This document shows, piece after piece, positions 1 through 9,481 of a stretch of DNA of 64,000 bases. Position numbers and translations under genes: made by a program. Each line of letters starts with the position of its first letter. The first letter of the stretch is position 1. The notes beneath the pieces were generated by a model. That model ran no database searches. It worked only from the letters and a program-made list of their open reading frames with translations, and was not told the origin of the DNA. The stretch comes from Vicugna vicugna (lineage: Eukaryota), in contig MU057744.1 in assembly GCA_013265495.1 (NCBI GenBank), positions 1,378,356 through 1,442,355 of the forward strand. The letters are read 5' to 3'.

Positions 1-420
1 TCTACAGCAGAATGGATGAGTAAATTAGGTGATTCACACTAAGGAATATTACTCAGTAGTGAACGATAAGTGAGCTACAGCTAAACCTGGCAAAAGAATG
101 ACTCTCAGAAAACAGTAAGGAAAAAGCAAGCTCCGGGGTATGGTTGATACTATTTTTACTGAGCTCAAAACCAAGCAAAACCAAAGAGTCTATTGTCTGA
201 GCATCATAAATGGTGACACTATACTGTTTAAAGAAAAAAGAAAGATGATAAGCCAAAATTCAGGCTCCCAGTTCCCGTCAGAGGGAACAGGTCGCAAGGC
301 GACAGACGGGGAGGTGCAGGTTGCTGGTCACATGCCAGCCCTTGGGTTATGTGGCAGGTGTACGGTTGCTTATTATGTTATGCTTTATAGCCAGTACATG
401 TTATAGAATGCTGTATGTAA
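1..420 (+). mobile_element. Old LINE-1 3'UTR remnant (L1ME-like)
   Basis: Degenerate L1 3' motifs 'gaatggatgagtaaattagg...ggaatattactcagtagtgaa...gagctacagct' and 'atactatttttactgagctcaaaaccaagcaaaaccaaa'. Confidence 0.6.
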
Positions 421-1259
421 TTAGATACATTGTACTTAATTATTGAATATGAGAACAATAAAGGAAAAATGGAATAATAAGCAAAAATGTGGGATGGTGA
501 CTTTGTGTATAATGTTTTATACGTGTCAAATATATTTTTTAAAGAAAGGAGGGACATTTTGCACAGCAGCACAAAAGCAGGGGGCAAGAGACAGAAGCAC
601 CTGTGCATCGTCCCACCAGCGCCTCGGTGGCTCCAGATACCCAGCTCTGGTGAGTGAGGGGCTGGTGGCAGCCTTTGCCAAGGGAGGGGGGAGAAAGGAG
701 GCGTTCTGCACAAACTGGACATGACAGAACACTGGCACTTGCACACCTGACTTTGGGGCTCAGGAAGAATGACATTAGAACTGGGGCGACTTCAGGTGGA
801 GGCGCGAGTGGGAAGAGGAGGTGGGACTTGATTATAGGACTAGGGGCGAGCAGGAGTGGGAGCCCACGGAGGGAAAGGAGACGGGAGAGTGCAGCGTCAG
901 GGAAAGCAGAGGTGGGGCGGTCCAGGCCTGGCCTGGAGCCCAGGGCTGCACAGAGGTCTGGGAATGGGGCCCCTCTCCCGGGTGACCCTTGCTACCGCAG
1001 TTTCGGGGGGACTGTGGGGACCACTGGCACACTGTGGTAGGTTGAAGGTAATGGGAGGTGGGAGGTGAGGAAGGGTACTCGGTGGTTATTTTAAGAAGAT
1101 TGGTTGGGAAGGTAGGATCGAGAGAGTGTCTAATATAGTAAAAGGCTTTTACGCTGAGGGGTAAGTACCAATTAGGAGGGCTGCAGATAGTGCAAAACAT
1201 TTTTAAAAAATATCTTTTAACCTAACTTCCAGAGAGACTGGACTTCCGTCTACTAGTCG

Positions 1260-1860
1260 CCAACAGTTGAAACCTTGGAGTTGTGTCTAACCTCTCCCTT
1301 TTCCTCGAAGTTCAAATTCAGTTTGCTCTCACGCCCAGATGTTTTACCCACTAAATGTCTCAGTCCTTCTCTCCTCCCCGGCCTGGCTTAGGGGCTCATC
1401 ATCTCTCCTCTGCGTGGTTCCCCAGCCTCCTGCAGCTGTAGGAGTGAGCTCTCTGACCCCTCACGCCCACCCCAGCCCTGCCTTCCTCAGGGCCTCCCCA
1501 TTGCCTGGGATGCACCCCAGCTCCCTGGAGTGCAGACTCTGCTCCAGAGCCCTGACCAGCTCCCTGCGTGTCCTGAAAGAGGTGCCTGCTTGCCTTGTCC
1601 CCTCCAGCCTTGCGATTCAGGAAGGCTTTTCAACAACTCCCTCCCTACAAAGCTAAGTGCAGTGACCCTGCTGCTCGCCTCCTTAAACAGCATCGCGCGT
1701 GTTTCCCAGCACTGTTAGAAACAGAATGATCTATTTCCCTGTTAGACTGTGATCCTTAAGGCAAATGTGGACCGTTGATGATCTTTGTATTTGTCATGAC
1801 TAAAGTAGCATTTGGTTCGTGATAGGTGCTCAGTAAAGGGAGGCTTGAATGAGTTGATGA
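1260..1860 (+). mobile_element. LINE-2 remnant
   Basis: 'aaaccttggagttgtgtctaacctctccc' near the start and an L2 3' end 'ttagactgtgatcctt...taggtgctcagtaaa...tgaatgag'. Confidence 0.55.
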
Positions 1861-3089
1861 GCAGATCTTTCAGGGCGACAGTGGTTTGTTGGGAGAGCCA
1901 ACTGTAGAGCTCCTTGGGGACAGGGGTCCTGCCTCTGCCTCTGACCAGGCTCAGGATGCCCAGAGCCTAACCCAGCACCTGCCGTGCAGTGTGTTACATA
2001 GTTTTTTAAGTGAGTGGCAGGGAGGCCGTGATGATTTTCACTTGCTCAGAAGGAGACTGGGGTGTAAAAGTCCAGCCCCTCCCCCCACACCCAGCTTCAC
2101 AATTTCACGTTGGGAGAAACAGCCCCGCCGGTGCTCTCCTCCCTGCCGCGAAGACAGCGCACCACGGCCCTGCGGAGAACCCCTCACTTTGTAGCCTTCT
2201 TGCTGTGGATCAGCTGTGTGTATTGTCAGATTGCAGAACAGAGTGTACTATTATTTCATACATGTGTGTGTTTTAAGGAAATGCATGCAGTGAAAATGTC
2301 AAGAAGGATGCACAGAATTCTTAAGTGGTTACCTCTGGGGAATAGGATTGGGGCATCGGGTGAGGGACTCATGGTTTGCGTATTTCTCATTCTTTCTGCA
2401 CTGTTTCAGACGTTTACACCAAAGATACATTAATTGTACTTTAAAAAAGATTAGGTTGGCAGCACATCCACCTTGAAACAGAAGCTATTTTGAATAATCT
2501 GAGTGAAAAGTTGACATTTAAGTGAATTAACACGTAAACTCGCTCCCATTTCAGCACTTGGAATGTCTGATTCTGTTTACATTCTCCCTTCCTCAAATGC
2601 AGGTTTGAAGGTAACTTTGCCGCGTCCCTTGCCTTTTAAGTATTTATTATAGCCTTTTGGAGACTCACGAGCCGTCTCTGGAATGGTTGTCTAGGAAGGG
2701 ATCTTGGATTAAGTGACTTTTGAGAACCTTGAGATTAGACATTCCATGAAACAGAAGAAACAAAGCCAGACTCATGCATGTTTCTCAGTCTGCTTTCCAT
2801 AATGCAAATTCACATGCAACCAACAGAGCAGAGTTTGCAGCCGCTGAGAAAGGAACTCTGAGCGTTGTACAATTCTGCTTGTCCTTCACCCAGAGAGAAA
2901 CCAGAGTAGAGAAAGGTGACATTTCATTCCAGGTTACCTGAAAGAATTTCAGTACTTACCTGTCCTGAATCGTGAGACATCATTTATCCTACCATAGAGG
3001 AGAGGCATTTATTTTGTGCACGTTTTCAATAAAAACATGAGACCCAGCTGTCTTGATGGTGCGAAATGTCATTACTTAAAAATTCTTTA

Positions 3090-3691
3090 GGTCTGTGGAG
3101 ACGTGGGGACCAAGTGGCAGCAACTAAGACCTGTGAGCAGCGCTGCTGCAAACAGGCTCGCAAGACGGAGGATTGGTGTTTCCAAGGCCCTGGGCTACGC
3201 TGGTGTGTTCTCGTCTCAGTTTATGCAGAATTTGTGGGTGGCGGTGTTGAGATAGAAGATGGAGGAGGATTCAGAAGACATGGATGCTGAAGGTGGACCC
3301 TCCTCGGAGATTAAATATAAGACACCTTAACCTGCGGGAGGAGTGTTTCACACAAACTTTTGACGGTGGAAGATTGACTGGGTGGATCTTATCAAACGCA
3401 AAGAAAGATGGTACAGATGTGGAGGTTCCTATGTATGGTGGCTTTTCCTGGAGTATAATGAAAGAATTTGTTCCTCCTCCTTGTGCAAAACCAGCCTTCT
3501 CAACGGGTTAGATCCCAAACCGAGATCGGCTTCTTCTCAAGGAAGACGGCAGACAGAAGAGCTGGAAGAAATCCAAGTTCCTGGGGCAGAGGGCTGGTGT
3601 TGGGGCCTAGAGCAAAGCAGTGTCTGCTCTATTCACGAAACCCTTTATTTTCACTGATGAACCTTCAGTGTGATACTGTTCGATAAGCTCA
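3090..3691 (+). pseudogene. CLGN: Calmegin retrocopy (5' part only, incompletely processed, disabled)
   Basis: Mixed-frame translation gives [59 protein letters not shown] and KPFIFTDEP. These match the recalled calmegin N-terminus (SINAEFMDDDVETED...[11 protein letters not shown]...TFDSGRLAGWVLSKAKKDD...EELKENQVPGDRGLVLKSRAK...KPFIFADKP). 3090-3170 resembles the CLGN 5'UTR. The early exons are contiguous. The ATG is lost, there is a TAA at 3328-3330, and there are several frameshifts. Confidence 0.92.
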
Positions 3692-4600
3692 AGTAAGATG
3701 CTTTTTCTGACATTCGTATTAGTTTTGTATAATTTGGCTTCTGAATGTAGATTGTAATGGATGATGAATATAAAAATCCAGATTTTCCTCTTCAGTTTCA
3801 CTTACTTACATGCGCAGTGCGTGCATACACATAAACACCCTGAGATTCTGAGCGGGAAGCAGATCAACTTTAAAATGATGTAACACATACTGTACTACAT
3901 GAAATTTGGCCACCATAAGCTGCATAGTACATGCTAAGATCATTGTCTTTATTTTAACTCTTTTCTTAGAATTACTAGCTATTAAGATACTAACCTCAAT
4001 ATATTTAGAATGAAACCATAAATACTGCTGTTAAACCAGTGATAAGATTCAAAGGCAGCAAGTTAATTTTAAAACGAAAATGCATGTGTAGTTCACGTCT
4101 TCCAAGCATGGGCTGCTTTTTCAGGACACGTGTCCTCCCAGACAGTCCCCCATCCCCTGCAGTGTGACTTAAACTGGTCTTACCGTGACGCTGCTTGCAT
4201 GTCCACTGCCAAAGAACCAGACGCAAACTCCTCAAGCTTATTTCACCTGCACTGATGTGAAACCAGAATGGAGCCATACAAATACAGTCACAAAACCCGA
4301 TAAAACTTGCATTGAAAACAAAGAAAAGGAAATGTATAAATGCCACTTTCTATCTTTGCTCAGAAGAGTTAGCTGTCCGCAGTTAACGGCAGTGCAGAGA
4401 ACATCGTAACTGTGATGCGTGTCACTCTGAAACCCCTGCAATTTTTTTTAACATGTTAAACATACCCCTATCTGATATAACTGAAACGCTGTTTTATATT
4501 TTAGAAATTTTTTTCAACACACAGCAAGCACTAGTTGTGATTGGCTTAACTTTTCAGTTGTGAGGCTTTGGTTTAGTTGCATTGTCATTTCAATAAATTT
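3692..4600 (+). other. Possible retained CLGN intron sequence forming the 3' half of the retrocopy
   Basis: CLGN coding similarity ends near a donor-like 'aagtaaga' (GT at 3693). About 900 bp of AT-rich non-repeat sequence follows and ends at AATAAA (4592-4597). 'ttaaaattttttaaag' then loosely resembles 'ttaaaaattctttag' at the 5' junction. Confidence 0.35.
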
Positions 4601-5539
4601 AAAATTTTTTAAAGTAAAATGTTAACCTGTTATAATAGATCGTTGTTAACGTTTTGATTCTGTTGAAATGAGCACATCAAGAAAATGAGAAATTCCAGTG
4701 AGGAAATTCTTAGTGTCAGAAGTGCCCGGTTATTTAAAAAAATAATGGCACTGTCTACAGAAAAGATAGCAGTTAGCTCCAAGACATATCTCAGTGGCTT
4801 TTCCTATGTGAGCCTTCCGTCCTGCCATCGTCTGCGTCCTCCTGATGCTGCTACGGGAAATACTAGCACGTCCGCTTTAGAGCTCTGGAGGAAGCTGAAG
4901 TACCAGTAGTCTACGCGCGAGCTTGTCATCAGCAGAGTCCTGTTCCCTCCACTGTGCCTTCAGATTAACCAACTCTTGCATAAAGTTAGGAATCGAATAG
5001 CAATGAGTGAATACACCCTTTCCCCTGAAGAGAATCGAAGAGTTATATGATAGGAGAGTGGTGGGCACATCTCTACATAAGTTTTTTTATTTATTCTAAG
5101 TCCATTTCAGCTTGACATGGGGTGAGTTTAGGTCCAGTTCTCTTTTGTCATTAGAAATAAGGTCAGTAAGCTGAAAATAATTTGCAAGCCTAATCACGCT
5201 TCACACTTGGTACACTATCACCCAACAGCCCCAATGCAACAAGAGAAAGATCTTGTGAAAGTTCTGCTCCATTTGCTGCAATTGACCATCACGGGGAGAA
5301 CAGGCAAAAACAAAACTCCACCAGAAACTTGGAGGCAGGGAGGTGTGATGCTTACCCTGTTTGGTAAGGTCCTCGAGGGACTCCTTCCTTGATCATTTGT
5401 AATGGTGCCAGAACCAAAATTTATAAATTCTGCCAAGCACGTGCTCGGAACTTGAATACTTGTTGGCTGGATGGAATCATATTAGAGGAACTAAACACCA
5501 AGAAGCTAGGAATTGAGAATATTGCTTGACATCACTTAG

Positions 5540-5890
5540 GTGTGGAATCCAAAAGACCAACCTTTCTGTGGAAACAGAGTAGAGTGGTGGTTATCAGGGG
5601 CCGGGGGGCAGCTGGGACGGTGTTTAAGGGTACCGACTGGCAACTAGTGGGTCAGTCCGTTCTGGAGGCCCGGCGCACAGGACGGCATGTGGTCAACAGC
5701 ACTGCTGCCGGGCGGCTGCGACACTGGATCACAGCTGTTCTCAACGCAGAAAAACGGTAAATACGTGACACGGTAAGGCCATTCGCTCACTTCTCCAGTA
5801 ATCACACTGCAGTGCGTAAATACATCAGCACCTTGTACAGCTGGAACTTGCACAATGTTGCATGTCAGTTCTACCTCAGGAAAAAAAAAA
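5540..5890 (+). mobile_element. LINE-1 3' terminal fragment with poly(A)
   Basis: 'tgtggaatccaaaag...gaaacagagtagagtggtggttatcagggg...cacaatgttgcatgtcagttctacctcagg' followed by A10 at 5881-5890. Confidence 0.8.
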
Positions 5891-7559
5891 GCACCCAGCA
5901 CCATAGAGCTTTCCCAGGCCGACTCAGCGCCTCGCCTTGCTGCACGTGTCCTGGGCGAGGAGACAGCGGCGCAGACGCAAACCTGGGTGGTCTTTCCGGA
6001 ACCCGCAATTCAGGGATCGCTGATGCTCATACGACGAGCCCTAAGTACTGCGGTTTTCCTGCGGTGCCTTCTGAGTCATCCAGGACTCGTGAAAACTCAG
6101 TGTGACTACAGTGTTAAGTCCATTTTACCATGTGAATTAGTGGAAGGTTGACCCCCCGAGGACGAGTGTGATCTTTCCCCTTTAGCCAGGAGATACATGA
6201 AGAAAACGTCCTTCCTCCTCCATGGTGTCAGAAAGCAGGTGTCTTGTGTCGCTGTCATGTGTGGCAGGAGAGCCAAGCTGGGCACTGTCCAAACTAGAGA
6301 CAGAGGTGCCGAAGTGCAGCAGGTTCTTGGGGTGAACGGAGAGATGCAGAAGAAACGTGGTTACAAAACGAGGGAGTGTGTCGTGACAAGGATGTGAGCA
6401 CAAACCTGGGAGCTGCAGGGGCTGGTGCCTGGCGGGCTGAGTCACTGGATGCCGTTGGCACTGAGGGGGAAGGAAAGTGCTAATTTTGGGTGGTTTGTGT
6501 CAGATTAGCAGGAGTATCTGGCTTAAGAAAGCAGAGTAATTATTGGGTTTTACTAAGTGAAAAGTGAGGTTTGGCTTTAGTTTTCACCTTTACATTTTTA
6601 CTCAAAAAGTGTGTGGTGGGAAAGTTGAGATTTCTGGATGGTGGGAAGTGAGAATACATTTCACAAAGGATTTGGTGACAGAAGTAGCAAATGTTTGCGG
6701 GCAGATTTGAGGACTGGGAGCAGGGGAAAGGAGTCAGGCTGCTGTAAAAGTGAGAGAGTGGAAGGGGCTTTGGGGGGACAGCGCCTTGCTTCTGCAGGAA
6801 GATGTGAGTGCTGATTCTAACGGGATGGGTGTGCTGCCGGTCACTTTGATTTTATAAATACAGGCCACTTCAATCACTCTTTGTAGGTAAAAAAAATCCT
6901 GAAAAACTTTTATTGTTTTGTAGATTTGATTGGTACCTTGCTATCAGGGCCCTGCTAAGATCTGCAACAGGGGGAAAATCATTTACATGTACCTTTTAAA
7001 CTTCTCTTCCCATGGGCCCAAACAATGCTCAGGATACTACAGAGAGGAGAGGCTGGTTGGGCAAATTGCCCCTACTTTTGCTTTGGCTGAGATCCCCAAG
7101 AGGGGCTATTCGCTGTAACGTGGCATTTGTGTGTGCATTCACACTCATTCAGTTCATTCAATTGTATGTTCATCTGTCAAACCCTTACTGGGCCGGGTCC
7201 TGCTCTAGGGCCGGGTGCACCATGAGTCGCAGTCCCTGGCCTCATGGAGAGTCACGTTCTCACAGTTTGTAGCGAACTGACTGTCCCAGCACCTCCTATC
7301 ACTGAAGTCCTCAGCACCCTCCCCTGCAGAAGCGGGGGAGGCATCTCGTGGTCTCCCACGTGCGTTGTTTTGAGGGACACTCACCACCCGTGTTTCAGCT
7401 GGCCTCTTTCCCAAGACCTTGCTGCTGCTTCTGGTGCAAGCACCGGCAGTTAGGGAACTGCAACCTTTGTGACACTGCCACCTTCGCCGCCTCCAGCTTG
7501 AGACTTCCTCAGGCAAGCCTGGGTTCATTGCTTCCTAACGCAGGATGAAACCAGTCTGT

Positions 7560-7760
7560 CGTGTGCTGCTGTTGAAAACACGGATCCAGCGCCCTCGGGA
7601 CAGAACTCTGAACGCGAATCTCCCTGCTCCGCCAGCGTCAGGTACGGGGAGTGCGGGCGCGCGGGCGCCAGCACCCCTCTGTGTCACAGGGAGAGGCCGT
7701 GATTGGCAATGAGCGGAAGCTCCGTTCCGCGTTGCTCTGTGAACACAGGCCCGAGAGCAG
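7560..7760. promoter_or_regulatory. Small CpG-rich promoter-like patch
   Basis: High local CpG density ('gtgcgggcgcgcgggcgcc'), ATTGG (reverse CCAAT) at 7702-7706, ETS core CGGAAG at 7714-7719, and donor-like CAG|gtacgg at 7642. Motif evidence only. Confidence 0.3.
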
Positions 7761-9481
7761 CTGTCAGACTCCCCTCCTCCTCATCTCCTCATGGCCTTGG
7801 GGGAGCAGAGGTGCCCGGGCATCTCCCCCGGCAGATCAGAAGCTGCACTGGGAGGAGGACTTACCGACGAACGTCTGCTCTCCAGAGGGAAAGCGTTTGC
7901 TCAGCAGACTGCTCTTCAGAGGTTTGTAGACGCAGCTGCCCTCCGACCATTGTTCCAAATCAGAGTCCCTTCTTCGCCCTCTTCTGTTTTTCTGTTCTAA
8001 AAATTTGCTTTTTGAACCTTGCTACACTGAAGAGTCAGTAATTTCACAGTAACGTAAACTTTTATAAGTCCTGCCTCACTTTGGAACATCGCTCTTGTTC
8101 AGTCCTTGAAAGGATGTTTACGATGAGGAACCGTGGTCTGTCACATTGAACCACTCTGCCCTCAGCGCCTAGGAGAGAGAGACGCCTTTACCACCACCAC
8201 CTGCCGGGAGGCGCCGGCTCACCGTCCCCGCTTCGGCTGCGCGCCCTGGCCTCCCTCCCGCACGCCTGTGGCAGTTCTGAGGGGATACAGGGTTGCTTTG
8301 TGACTCCGCTTAGGTCGTAGGGTGTACGTATTATGTCAGATTAGACTGTGGGATATTTAAAAGGGCAAGAATCATGTCTTCTGCTTTCTTCGTATGTCCT
8401 GAATCGTTTATAAAGAGTTTGAGGAGAGCAGATGTCAGGTGTTTGTTGACGACACGTCTGACCTGAGATGAGCAGTTGTGTGAGGGGACGCAGCCTTCAG
8501 TGGACAGGTGCGTGCTAAGCTGTGGTGCAAGTTCTGTGTTCCTCGCAAACACCGCCCCCCCCAACCTCCAACAATGACGTGCTGGGTGACGCTGGGGACT
8601 TCCATGGCCTCTGAAAGCCACAGCTTCTCCACCCTGGTGCCCGTGGTGCTGGCCCTCACCCGGGGTGGTGCAGGAGCCGGGGTGCAGTTCTCCCCGGAAC
8701 ACACCCCGCACCTGCCTGTCGTAACACGGAAATCTTCGCTAACCGAAGAGCAGTAACAAGGCCCCTCGGGAGATGTTTTTCTCTGCTCTTCACCGTGCTG
8801 TATGAAAACAATGCCGGCAGCACCACGTCAGATGCACCGCATTTATAGACAGTGTGCGTGAATCTAAGTATTAATGCCAGAGACACAAGGGGTGTTCAGG
8901 GGCAAGAGACTTCATGGTGGTGGCACTGGGAATTTTCCAGAGGGAGCTGTGAATTTGGACGAGTCAGCCGGGTGCAAATCAAGGCCATTACGAATGAAGA
9001 GAAGTTGATTTGGGTTTTGTCCAGTATGTTATCGTAACTGTGGCATCACTTTTTTTTTTATATTAACCCTCTTTTTATAGAAATTTTATTTTAATTTTAG
9101 CTGGATTCATTCCTTAATAAAGTCAAAAGTGGGCAACTTGTTTTGGTTCTACAGTTAAAGACAGTGTTCCCGTTACAGGGTTGACATCTTACAAATGGAT
9201 TATTCTGGACATGAGGAGAATTATACCAGACATGACGGCTAGTTTAGTGGCAATTCATCCCGCATCTGAAAAAGCTATATTTGCATTATTTTAAAAGTCC
9301 ATTTAAATATAGGTAGCATTTTTCATTATAAAACTTGTTCATTGCGAAAAGCTTGTAAACTATATAAAAGTATGTAGAGGACATAATTCATGATTCTGTG
9401 AATCCCCATGTAGCTAGTATTAATGTTTTATTACATTTCTTTCCGCATCTTTACTTCTTTCTTTCCTTCTGTCCATCCTTG

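Noticed and set aside
3090..3691. Functional CLGN or CANX gene
   Set aside because: No ATG, an in-frame stop, frameshifts, missing introns and no downstream exons. The peptides and 5'UTR fit calmegin rather than calnexin.
3654..3712. C/D-box snoRNA (TGATGA ... CTGA)
   Set aside because: The C-box-like motif is simply the diverged CLGN 'A-D-K-P' codons, the spacing is short, and there is no convincing terminal stem.
5285..5350. HJURP-like peptides (HGENRQ, LEAGRC) in one frame
   Set aside because: As I recall the protein, the two motifs are far apart in HJURP, and the flanking residues do not match. Treated as coincidence.
2950..5430. Minus-strand exons suggested by donors at ~2959 (cag|gtaagta) and ~5355 (agg|gtaagca)
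   Set aside because: Weak or very close acceptors, no coherent reading frame, and overlap with the better-supported + strand blocks.
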